A stretch of 52,036 nt of DNA, the filler included, from Jimgerdemannia flammicorona (taxonomy: Eukaryota), in NCBI GenBank assembly GCA_003990765.1. It is 2 parts of 2 records of this genome, joined end to end, with 100 filler letters (N's around TTAATTAATTAA, not from the genome) between each part and the next. Parts side by side here need not be neighbours in the genome. Positions count along the whole stretch, not along the records: positions 1 to 25,972 come from RBNJ01000772.1; 1 more part is not named here. One strand, given 5' to 3'. The position numbers and the translations under genes were made by a program. Positions 11,652 to 24,300 of this stretch are shown here, in pieces (the stretch's first letter is position 1; every line of letters begins with the position of its first letter). Under the pieces are notes generated by a model that worked only from the letters and a program-made list of their open reading frames with translations, ran no database searches and was not told the DNA's origin.

Positions 11652-13367
11652 TGTTGTGACGAACAGAAGAAGCAATTTAGGCGCTGTAAATGATGACATA
11701 CAAATGATGTAAACCGAATTGGCGTAAAGTCACGTGGATTCATATCGACTTGTAATCCCAACACTCCCGCTCAAGGAGATATGTACGCCAAAACAAAAAA
11801 AGAAAATCAACTGTATCCAAAAAAAAAAAAGAATGCAAACTAGAATAAAAAGCAATGCATAACGCATGCAAAAAAAAAACTAGAACTGCATATAACCCAG
11901 AATTACAACTATCTAGGAATTTTCGCGGGTTGAAAAGTGTTCCGTAATACCCGTATGACATGCACCGTAATACCTGCAGAAATGCATTATATGTAAAATG
12001 TATATATGGTACGAAAGGCGTTTGAGAGCCTGAAAAGTCTCATGATCACCCACTCGTAAGAGATGTATTCCAGGCAGCCGTTCGTTGAGGTCGCCAGTCA
12101 GCGTCGTAGGAGACGGATAACCGTATGCTCCCGCTTAATCCAATGCCATTGCTATAGCCATTGTTATCGTCGCGCCTTTGGAATGTATGTTGTTATTGGT
12201 GCTGGCTGTTATTGTTCCTAGTGCGGTGTGGCGTCATATGCTGTGTTGCACCGAAATCCATTCACCAGACGTTATCTTCGTTATCGTTGGCTGTATTCAC
12301 GCTTTTGCTGAACATATGGTTAGTGGTACCCATGCTGTTGATGTTGGTGGTACCCGCGCTATTGACGGCGCTTATTGCTGTTGACGTCATCGCCACTTTT
12401 CGTCAGTGTAAAAGTGTTTTGCCAACCGGGATTCGTAGATGTCGAGTTGGCTGAATTGGCGGTGGAACTGCTTGTAGAACTGGCGGTAGAACAGGTGCTG
12501 GTTGTTTGCGCAAATGTTGCTTGCGCGGTAAATGCACCATTGTCAGTATAGTTCGTATGGCCGCCACTGTAGCTCCCTTTCCACGTCGTTGTCATTCTTT
12601 TTGCGGTATTCCTGCTCGCGGTATCCGTATATCCCACAATAACTGCAGTTACCTTCAAACGGTTGGTTGTATATTCCGCGCTAGGCTTGGGTTCGTCCAC
12701 GTTGGCCTCGTTTGCCATTTGCCTTGTCCGGGCTTGTTGGTCTCTTCCTGACCTCGTCGGTCTTGTTGGCCTTTTCTGTGGCCTCATTGCTGGCCATGTC
12801 GCTGATCTCGTTTGCCACGTCCACCACGCGAGCTGTAGAAGGCTTTCTTGTTGCCGTAATCGCTGCCTCTAACACCTGGGAGAGCGTCTCTGCCACCAGG
12901 GAGGACTTCGTGCCTCGACCACTTGGGAGGGCTTCGTAATTGCCTCGAACACCTGGGCGGGTGCCTTTGTCGTAATCGCCTTCTGCCACCAGAGAGAACT
13001 TCGTGATTGCCTCGACACCAGGGAGGACTTCGCCTACCACCTGGGAGGACTTCAGTATCGCCTCGCTGTTGTCACCATCTGGCGGGCTTCTTCACCACCT
13101 CATTGGCTGGTAATGACCATGCTCGTCTGTGCTTACAACAGGACTGTGTTAACCGTTGCCGGGTGCTTATACGACGCTCGTGCATGTTGCAGTGTAGTGT
13201 ATATACTAGAGGAGTTTCTAGCTGCTAACTGGTATCCGCTAACCAGTATCCGCTAACCGGGCTATATAGCCACTCAGTCGCTAGCGGGGCTATTGAAGAA
13301 GTAAATGATGACGTAAAACGAATTGGCGTAAAGTCACGTGGATACATATCGACTTGTAATCCCAACA
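11652..13367 (-). mobile_element. Non-autonomous mini Ty1/Copia derivative (1716 bp, short LTRs, 5-bp TSD GTTAG)
   Basis: TGTTG...CCCAACA termini. LTR copies 11652-11763 and partial ~13292-13367. TSD GTTAG at 11647-11651 and 13368-13372. Copia PPT TTGAGCGGGAG on the minus strand next to 11764. Decayed gag knuckle FEGNCSYCGIYGYREQEY (~12605-12660). LTR and gag segment (QNTFTLTKSGDD vs QNTFGLTKSSDD) resemble the 32678-42842 element. Confidence 0.9.
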
Positions 13368-13372
13368 GTTAG

Positions 13373-14800
13373 AAATTAAGTCATTTATTCTATTTTTAAA
13401 TAATAAAGTAGAGAAATAAAATTAAAACTAAGTTCTTTATTAAATATAGTATAGAAGAGATATATGTTGAATATAAATAAAAGTAAACTTTCAAATTGTA
13501 ATTATAAATAAGCAATAATTAATACTATTTTTATAAAAAGATTATAATATCAAAAATAGAATAAAAGAAAAAAATTATAAATATATATATATTTCTTAGA
13601 TTATTTTAAATTTAAATTTAAATAAAATATAAAGTTAATTATAAAAAAAAATAAAATTTATTTTATTTTTCTATAAAAAAATAAAAATTTATTATTATTA
13701 AATAACTTAAATATAAAAATATTATATATATTATTATAGTTAATCTGAATTAGAAATAAGAATTAAGAGGTAGATATTTAACTATAGTATCTGAATAATT
13801 TCTAATATATTAATATAATATAGTATATCTTATAGTCAGTAGTTACTCAATCTTATAGTTGTAAGATAAAAAAAAGGTATAAATTTAGTCACTATATAGC
13901 TAGTAAACTTGTATAAATAACTCAGTATCTAGAGTGAATAAATCTTAAATTAAAATAATTTAAAAGTAATGAGATAAAAGAACTAGTAAGTCTGTAGATA
14001 GATATACTTTAATCTTACTCTCTATATTTAAAGAATTCTGAAAAGTCAAGAAAGATTAAGTATTTAAAATAAAGAAATCTATAATACTTCTTAAGTTATA
14101 TATCTACTATAATATAATATAGATATATTATAATAATAATCTAAAAAATATAATTATAAGTTAGTTTATAAGATCAAAATTTTATTAATATATTAAAATA
14201 TCTAAATAAGAAAAAACTAAAAATTATTTAATAAAAAAGTAAAAGGAAAATATATCTTTTAGTATATATTATAATATAGTAGATATATATATAACTTATA
14301 TTTTATCAAACTATTTAATCTGAGATTTATTTACTTTAGATACTAAGTTATTTATTATAATATAGTATATATAGAACTTAACAATATATTAGATTCTGAA
14401 ATTCATATAAAGAGAAAAAGAGTATATAAAGAAGAGCTTTTTTTTTTTCAATTGAACTAACTTTACTGACTGAGGTTTATTCACCCTAAAATATTAAGTT
14501 ATTTATACAGATTTGTATGCTAATTCTACTACTAAATATAGGCTAAGTAATAAGTAATTTTATATGAAATTCCAAGTAAAATTCCATTTATATCTCAGGT
14601 AAAATCTTATATAAAATTCTATCTAAAATTTGTAAAAGTAAAACTAGTTTCACTAATAATGTTCTAGATATAATATCTGTAGTAAAGATAATTTTTATAC
14701 TATAATAAATCAGAAAATCAGATTTAGATACTATGATTAAATATTTCTATTTTATACTATATATTATATCTTCTCTCTGAATAGGTTATTTATAAGCACA
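13373..14800. repeat. Extremely AT-rich decayed TE block with LTR-like fragments in both orientations
   Basis: Almost no CpG. Motif tgtataaataac...gtgaataaa(c/t)ct occurs at ~13910 (+) and as reverse complement at ~14320 and ~14470-14510; it resembles 27027-27066 in the LTR at 26811. Confidence 0.55.
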
Positions 14801-14849
14801 CAATTTCCAAGTTACTAAAATTATACATCATCCTTAGAACAAATCTAGA

Positions 14850-17500
14850 AATCATATAAGATTATAAAGCTGAGTCAAACCAAAGTCATGGAATATGAAG
14901 TTAAGTTAAACTGAAGTCACAGAATATAATATTTATATAAATAGAGTCTTATCAATCAAGACTGAAAGTATATATACTGAAAATACTATATATCAAAATG
15001 AAGAACTACAACAAATCAAACAAATAACTATAACTCTTAAATATATATACAAATATGATCACTGAGATCTATAACTATATCTATACTAATATTTAGAATA
15101 CTATTATTAACTGAGTCACACCTCCTCTATCTCTTATGAATATCTATAGCCTAGTGCTCCTCTACTTTGTAGAAGTCTAATGGAATGCCCTGAACATACT
15201 CAGCAAAGTCTACTAAATCAGACAAATTTCAAGCTACTATCAGATCAGCCACCTCCTAGAAGATATAATTAAACACTATTATGATACAGATATTATCTAG
15301 ATATTCCAATATCAGAAACTCATTACCTATAAATACTAAGAACTCTTCTATAAGTATAGCATCTTTATTCTCTATCTCTAAGCTACTATTACTGAAATGG
15401 TTACTATCCTATTCTATAGCCAAATCAATAATATGGTACAAAAACTCAACCACAAATATATCAAGTATATTCAAACTACAGATAGATCCTTTCTCTATTC
15501 CAATGACCATATTCTACAAATAGCTCAAGTTGGATATACTATAAAAAATATCTATAATATAATCTAATTTGATAATGATGAAGCTGAAGACAATGATCCC
15601 TCTGATACCAATATGACCTCTAGCCAAGGATTCCTGCCAGCCCTGATCACTTCACTGATCTTACTAATAAACTTACAATAGTTCATAACTATCTATAAGA
15701 TCTATTGGAATAATGACCACTAGTATAAGTACTAATCTACATTTATACTTGATTACTTCAACTATAATGAAGAGATCAGAGAATACAATCTGTATTTCTA
15801 GATAACTCTCAGGATTGAACCAATAACCCCACTTCCTATATATGAATGAAATAAACTATAACCACCAGCCTACTACAATCCTATAACTTATAGTACTATT
15901 ACCTATAGAAAGTATGCAGATAGTGAATCTGATAAAAACAAAGACAATGTATCTCTTCTCTACCCACTGATATCTTACCTAACATATGAAACAGATGATG
16001 CTATTCTATGAGACAGTGATATAATTTTAACCTACTATTATATAAATAAATAAGGAGATATAATCCAAGAACCACTCTTCTTAGATGACTACTTCATCAA
16101 AGATAATATCATCAATGGTAATCTCATCAAAGACTACTCAGACAGCATCTAAATCTATAGATAGCTTAGCAGTTATTAGTATAGTTAGATTAGCCTCATA
16201 TGATATAACTATATACTAACTTAGCAGTCAGATGATCTCTTGACATATCAGTCCACACCTGTACTATGTAATTGTATTTTGACTTAGTAAGACACTAAGT
16301 GCTATATCTATAATTAGTATAATTCAGATAGCCTTCTATTAGTATAAATATCTGCTCCTCTAGATCTCAGAAATATAGACTTAAATAGACTGAAATATAC
16401 ATAAGAACTTCTGAATACTTCTTTATAATATTCTTTTATATAACTACTTCTAGTATAGTAATATTATAAATAATGAATAAACTTATCTATATAATAACTT
16501 ATAAACTACTCTTAAGTAAATCTGTACTCTATTAGGTCCTATTCCTAACCATATTGTGAAATTTCCTAATTGGATATTGTCTGCAGTAATATGCCAATTC
16601 AACTAAGCTGGTCTTAGTTTCTTGAACTTTCTGAAATACAGAAAATCCTGAACATCCAGAACTAGTCTGAAAAAAGGACTTCAGTTGAGACATCAATCTG
16701 ATCTTGAAATCAATAAGTATAGAGGATATATTCTATATAAAATTGATCTTGACCTTAAGAAAATAGTCTTTCAGAATATCCAGAACTTCTAGAAAACTCT
16801 TCCAGAACTATATAATGGTACTTTAATAAGTAACTCTCTTACAACTTAATAGCAATAGTTTATAATTCAATTTTACTTCAAGATGCTTCCTCACTCTACT
16901 ATAACTCCTTATGAGAAATTTTTATAAGTTGATATAAAGCCCAACCTCTGAACTGGAATTTATTCTGAACTATCTGACAATCTAAAGAGAATTGAACCTA
17001 ATATATAAGGATAATTTGATCTCCATATCTATAACAAGTATGACAGACTTTATCTGCAAAAAGAAATACTCTAATTAAACTAGCAGATAGATAAACTCTA
17101 TATACCAAACTCCTTGCTCTACATCCTATAAGTTAAGATAAAGAAGATCTTATTAAAGCTTTCTTTACTCTTCTCAACAAGAGTTTTGTCAGCTCTACAA
17201 ACCCAAGCAATCTAAGATAACCAGCAGCTATCTTTCTAGTCTTAGTTCTCTATAAAGTCCAAGCCTCTATAGTCAAGTGGCTCAACTCTACAAACTATTA
17301 CCATATCAGAACTAAGACTGTCTTATACTACTGTTTCTAGAATTACAAGACCTATCATATTCTTAAAAAAGAAGTTAGAGAAACCCTTTATCAACAACTA
17401 GACTATGAGCCAAAAGCAGGTCCAGCTATAACTCTATCTAAAACTAAACCTAATACTGAGACAGAATCTGCTATTAATTTAAACTCATCTGATAACTGAT
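14850..17500 (+). pseudogene. Long decayed ORF(s) of unknown function upstream of Gypsy element 2 gag
   Basis: A/C-rich coding-like plus strand. ~17070-17500 reads LIKLADR*TLYTKLLALHPIS*DKEDLIKAFFTLLNKSF...KEVRETLYQQLDYEPKAGP in one frame with scattered stops. No family recognised. Confidence 0.45.
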
Positions 17501-17794
17501 ACTATCTATTTTAATACTGAATAAACTCAATTATATGGGGATCTAAGCAAAGAGAAGGAGGAGTATCTCACTGAATTTGATTTCAGATATACTACTAAAG
17601 GAGACATATCTCTCTTAGAACAAAATACACCTATAGTATAACAGACAGTTATCTATTAAGCTCTTATACTAAATCTATAACAGTTACTTCAGTAACTTAT
17701 ACAGACTCACAGAATACTATTATACTTTACACTAGTATTTTAAGTTATATCAGTAACTTTACTATCAGTAGTCCAACTGTCTTCAGTAAACAAT

Positions 17795-20700
17795 ATGGCA
17801 AACTAACAGATTCTAGACCTCATAGTTCAGATAGTCATAATGATAACAACTATTACTACCTTAGCCAAACAGACCTGATTAATAAAAAGTCTAAGTTTAC
17901 CTATCTTCAATGGTACTATACAGAAAGTCCAAAGCTTTATTAGTATAGTTGATACTAATTTTGAAGTCAACCAATAGACCAATGAGTAAGTTACTGACTA
18001 CCTTCTAACAAATAACTAAGACTATACTCTGGAATAACTCTTTTCTACTACTATAGCCTATGTCCATTAAGTTGTTACATTCTTCTGAGAATCTGTTGAA
18101 GAATAGTGATAACTCCTTTCTGAAAAACCCCTTATATAGGATATCTGACCTGTAGTTATTTCCCAAAATGTAGTAAATAATACTTTAGAATATAGAGATC
18201 ACTCTATGGTCCCTGGACTCAACAACTTATAATTGCTCAATATTACAGTAAAACTCTAATTACTGAATTCCAAATAAACTCTATAATCTCAAATTTGATA
18301 TATATAGTAAGGAGGAATTTGAAACCTTCTGTACAAAACTCAAGTTACTCCTGAACACCATTGGCCTAGGATATATTACCAATGATAAAGTACAAAATAG
18401 TATAAGAGTAGACCATTTATTCAATATACTACAGACTGGCTCTCAAGAAAGATCTGAGAGCAAGGATGCCCAGTTGGTTGTGATCACCAATAATGGTATC
18501 TGATAAGAATCAAGACTATGGTCAAGCAAATTCTATTAGTCCAATTCTGTCTCAAAGACAATTCAATAATAAGGAAAAATCTTAGACTAAGAAAGAAGAA
18601 CTCAAATATAAAGCATCTCAAGCTCTCTCTATATTTATCTTTTGGATACCCTGGAATTCCAAATTCACTCAGCTAAGTATCTTCAAGAAACTCACTGAAG
18701 GAGAAAGAAATGAACTCTAAAGAAGCAGAGTATACTTTTATTGCTGAAAGTCAGGATATATAACCAGTATCTGCCCCAATCAAAAACTCCAAACAGCAAT
18801 ATGGATAACTGTTACTACTTTACATTACTTTAATAATCTGACTACCAAGATACTAGACTTTGTCAAGTTAAGACTAACTACTATAGCCCCAACTAAAGAA
18901 AGCCAAAAAGTAGCTGGATATGACCTATATATAGCCAAAGAAGCTACAGTTTCCAACTGAGAAGTCAAATAAGTCTATACAGAAATCAGTATTCAAATTC
19001 CTGAAGAATATATTGGAAGAATATACTATTGCAGCAGCCTAGTATTAAAAAGACTCTTAGTAAAAGGAGGAGTCATTGATGAAGATTATATAGGCAAAAT
19101 CATTATTCTTATTTGAAACTATAATTGGATACTATTTAAGATCCCTATTGGTTACTATATTACTTAGATTCTATTTGAAAAATCAAGTCAACTCTGATAG
19201 TCAAGAAAGTTTCTGAACTACTGCCTACCATTAGAGGATTCAAAGAATTTGGCTCATCAAACAAGAACCCAGTCCAACCTACTATAAATAAGAAAGAATA
19301 ATTTTATAAGAAAATCAAAGATGTATTTATACCAAGTGACTGATACCTCTATGGTATTGGAATGTACTCTTTCTGAATGATTGATGATTGCTTCTCTTGT
19401 GTCAATGAACTAGTTCAAAGAAGAACTAATAAAAGAAAATCTCTTATAACTAAAATCACTACTATTGGATCAGACAAACTGCTTACCCTCTAAGCTTTTG
19501 TTAATTAAGCACCTGTTAAAGCTTTATTATCAAGAAAGGAGGAGACCTACAAATATATATAGATTACTATGATCTTAATAAGCAAACTATTAAGAACTGC
19601 TACCCACTACCCCAAATCAACAAAATATTTAATAGGCTTACCAACCCACAGTCTATAAGCTCTTTTGATCTATTAAATAGCTATTAGCAATTTGCCATAA
19701 AGGAAGAAGACATCTACAAAACTACCTTCCAAATTTGCTATGGACATTTTGAGTTTCTGATTATATCTTTTGACTTAACTAATACTTCTGCAACCTTCCA
19801 AATACTGATGAATATCATCTTACACCCATACCTAGACAAATTTGTTATTGTCTACATTGATGACATTCTAGTCTTTAGCAAAACCCTAGAGAAACATCTT
19901 GAATATCTTGAACTAGTACTACTGAAACTCTAAGAAAATTAACTCTTTGCAAAACTCAGCAAATGTGAATTCCTTCTAAAAGAAATTTAATTCCTTTGAT
20001 ATATTATCACTCTTAATAAAATCAAAGTAGACTTTAGCAAAATCTCTATAATTAAGAAATAGTCCAGACCTAAGAAGTTAAAAGACCTTCAGACTAGCAA
20101 ACTATTATCAGTAATTTGTTACAAACTTTATCAAGTTTGCTACTGCTCTGACTCAAATGACCAAGTATACTAAGAAAGAAGAATAACTCTGAACTATAAA
20201 ATAAGAAAAAGACTTTAACAATCTTGTAAATTAGGAATCTGAACAAGATACAGCCTTTTAAGTACTAAAAGATATCTTAATAACTACTTTAAGTAGCAAA
20301 TCCTACCTTACTATATAAAGTTACTATTAATGTCTCTGACTTAGTTCTTAGAGTAATACTTATACAAGAAGAACACTCTATAGCCTACTACTCTTATAAG
20401 TTCAATAATGCTAAAATCAACTATGTAATCTATGAAAATGAAATATTAGTCATCATAGACACTCTGATCAAATAGTGATCTTATCTCAAAGGAGCACACT
20501 TCATTATATTGACAGACTATAAATTATTAGTCAATATCAAGACCTAGGCTATCCTTTCTTAAAAGTAAGTTAAATGGATGAAAGTTCTCACCAATTTTGA
20601 CTATGAAATCTAATATCACTCTAGTAAGAAGAATATTATTACCAATGCAATTTCTAGATTACTAATTAAAGAAGTTATACAAACTCTTACCTTAGTTACT

Positions 20701-21371
20701 AACTCTATCATAGAACAAATCATTATAGTATATACTAATGATAAAGAAGCTCAGATACTCTGAGAAATCCTGAATAACAATAATATTAACAAGTACTCCT
20801 GATATCACCAATACTAACTGAAGGACAATACTATCTATTATAAGGACAGATTGTATATTTCTAATAATTAAGACCTCTGAAGAACTATCCTATTTGAATG
20901 TTATATGTAATATCTCTATAGCTAAAAATCTAGAATTTGATAAATACTATAAAGTTATTTCCTGAAACTTCTATTGACTCTGTATGGCTGATCAGCTAAA
21001 GACCTATATCACTTTCTATAATATCTACTAATGTAATAAGTTCTTAATCTTAGCAAAACCAAGACTACTCTACCCTATTCTAGTACCATCTACCAATTGG
21101 GAACAAATCTCTATATTATATAACTATCTCAAACTAAGAATGGAAAAGATGCAATTATTGTCTTCATGGATTATCACAGCAAATAAGCCTACTTTATATT
21201 AACTACTATTACTGCAATAGTATCAGATATCACTATACTCTTATTTGATAATATCTTTTGCTATTCTGATCTTTCTAAAATCATTGTTAGTAACCAAGAT
21301 CCAAAGTTCATCAGCTACTTTTGGAAAGCCCTACATATACACCTTGGAATAAAACTTATACTATCTATAGC
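17795..21371 (+). mobile_element. Degenerate Ty3/Gypsy element 2 (gag-dUTPase-[protease deleted]-RT-RNaseH-integrase), interrupted at the 3' end by hAT
   Basis: gag SLPIFNG (~17895); knuckle VYFYC*KSGYITSICP (~18731); RT IDYYDLNKQTIKNCYPLP and VYIDDILVFS (YIDD at 19853); RNase H; integrase IIVSNQDPKFISYFWKAL...KLILSIA, ending abruptly at 21371. Confidence 0.92.
18853..19260 (+). pseudogene. dUTPase domain inside Gypsy element 2
   Basis: FVKLRLTTIAPTKESQKVAGYDLY...IQIPEEYIGRI...GGVIDEDYIGKI...TIRGFKEFGSS = dUTPase motifs I, III and V clearly retained. Confidence 0.92.
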
Positions 21372-24300
21372 TAGTGCTCCAAATGGATAGAGTTGATCCA
21401 GATGAGATTCGATTCAGATTCATCATGTGATGAATTCAAATTAACTTGGATTGATCTTGTAATCTAAGCTGGATTGATCTAGATTGATCCAGATTGATCT
21501 ATCTAGATTGATCCATCCAGATTGATCTATTTGGATTGATCTATTTGGATTGAAATCTTTGATGATATCACTCTTTCTTTTGTTTATTTTTGCTCTTGTT
21601 TTTTTTTCCTGCCACACTTTAGTGACATTACCCTTTTTTTTATTCCCTCTCTTCTTTTATTTTCCTGCTACATTACAAGCAAACAAAACAGTAGCTCTTA
21701 ATCATATATTGGTTCAGTTTACTCATTTTTTACCCTATAATAATTATCAAAAGAGAGAATATTTGAGGTGGAAATGCACTCTCTGCTGACAATGTTAGAT
21801 TCTTTCTCATATAGGCAGCATACAAGCTGCTCATCAAGAGCTAAAGGAGCAATGGCAGTGGTAATAGTGGTGGTGATGGCAATAGTAGTAGCAATGGTAA
21901 GGATGAGAAAGAATTCCAGCACAACTCACAATGGCCCTTTAGATCTTGGAATTCACAGACCTCACAGCTATGTACACAGCAGTCTTTTTAGAGTTGTCAA
22001 TAGTAATATAGATTGCTCACTCTTATTGCCACTTATTTACTTTTGTTTACTTAAATTTCCCCAGTATGACCCAATTCATCTCATGCTTTTCTTAGAGTCC
22101 ACAGCTCTATGGTGAGATCTGCTGATTTTATTCACAACATCTAATTAAGATGAAGAAAGACTGGCAGACATTACAGGGCATACCTTTGGTGGCTGAGCTG
22201 TTGAGTCAATACATCATATGGCAGAGGTCTCAAAAGGAATAGAAGTAAGCCTTTGTGAGTATTCTTATACAACTTATGCAACTTATATAACTCATTGGCA
22301 TGTAACCCATTTGCATGCAACTTGTCAGCATATAACTCACTCACTCACTCACTCATACTCTTTTTCTAAAATACCCATCTCTGTGTTTTATTTAACTTCA
22401 TTTTTTATATGGTCTCTCCCTAAAAAACCCTCACATCCACATGCAATCCATCTGTATACAACCCACCCACATGCAATCCATCTGCACACAACCTGTCTAC
22501 ACACAACCTATCTATATACAATCTATTTATATACTTATCTCAACTCCTCAGATAAGGGCTCAGTTTCATTGGAAAGGAGAGTTCAATGTTACCTAAGTTC
22601 AACCACATCTAGCATCTGATCAAATAGAGAATTTTGAGGGTAAGATATTCAGTATGAGCAGTACCAGTATTGTTATCAAGGCTTGGGGGTCTATATTCAA
22701 ATTAGAGCCAATTGTTCTTGACTAAGGGGTCTATTGGCCAGCAGGAGTAATCAACAATGAAGAGAACTATATCATTATTAATAAATGCAGAGAGATGGTT
22801 GCAATGGTGGTAAGGAATCTCTATGGTGATGAGCTTCACTACTATATCAATGAGGTTTGTAAGGATTGTATCAAATATTGGGTGGCAGGAAAGAGGGGGT
22901 GAAAAAAGCAAAGAGGGGGGGTTTGGATGGGAATTGGATATATTGCAATACTGGTGAAGAGTGGGTTCCAGAGATTCAAAATCTCTCACACTTATCTCTC
23001 TTTTTTTTACTCTTTCCCAGATAATTACACTCTTCACTGATATACTCTTTTTGATACAATTCCAGAGATATACAAGATTCTATACTCCTACTGGAACTTT
23101 AGAAGTGCTGTTAAAGAGCAAACTACATACAAGCATAACACAGCCTGTGCAGTGATGATAACTATGATCTGGGGTTCTTTGAGCAGATTGATAGAGCATA
23201 TGGTAGGCCAGCTTAGTGGTGATCTTGGTGTGGCTATATGTATATTCTTGGTATAATTTAGTATGCCATATGAGGTGAGGAGCTTTACTTTTTTTGGGTG
23301 CTGCAGTCCAGGGGATTTCTGCAGCCCAGGAGGTTTCTGCCCCCCTGTACATAAAAAGGACTAACTGAATGCCATCCATCTGACAGGTTTCCAAGTTGGG
23401 ACTCCTGGGGCTGGACGAAGGGCAGGCATCCACCAGTACAGCCTAGCAGTATAAGGTCCTGGGCTAAGAGTTCACCCAACTGTATACTTATATCACATCA
23501 GGATATATTGAGCACAATGTTTCTCTGTCCATACACACAGACAATAATGTCACTCTGGTAATGTTCTATATCTCAGAAAGGAAGGGCCCAATCTGGAAGG
23601 ATAGTAGCAGAGTCTGATACAACCTCACCTATGGTTTCAGGGTCTTGTTTGCAGCCAACATAGCTATTTTATTCCAACCACATAACTACTATAGTACTGT
23701 TGCCTTCAAGGAGAGCTTGGACACAACAGTTGTCATACTCACAATAGATGACAGGTTCATCAAGACCTGGGACTGATGGATGGAGCAGTTTTTGTAAGGA
23801 TTAGGCAATTTTTTATAAGGGTTAGGCAATCTTTCATAAGGGTTAGGCAATCTTTTGTAAGGGTTTGACAGTCATTTTGTATGGGTTGGGCTGGCAGCTG
23901 GGTATCTCTTCTGTAGCACTAGTTTAGCCATTATGCTGGGCCCTACTGGCCCCTTGGCTCTGCTCTTATAGTACTACTGATACAGTACTGTAGTATAGGA
24001 CCAGAGTGCCTGTGAGATCTAAACTAGTGACAGAGCCCAAATCTGTAATAGACTTCAATTATCAGAAGTACCCTCTAATTACCAGAAATGCCCTCCAACT
24101 GCCAGAAGTACACTCCGACCACCAGAAGTACTCTCTGACTACCAGAAGTACCCTCTGACCCAGACTCAGACTTCTTGGCAGCTTGGGGCTGCCCCTATAT
24201 TGCTGGCAGAGGGCTGCAAATTTTGTACACTCCCTCTACCAACTCTGCTGACCCCTGGCTTAGATACAGACTGCTGGGGGGAGCTCCATTCTGCTGGTAC

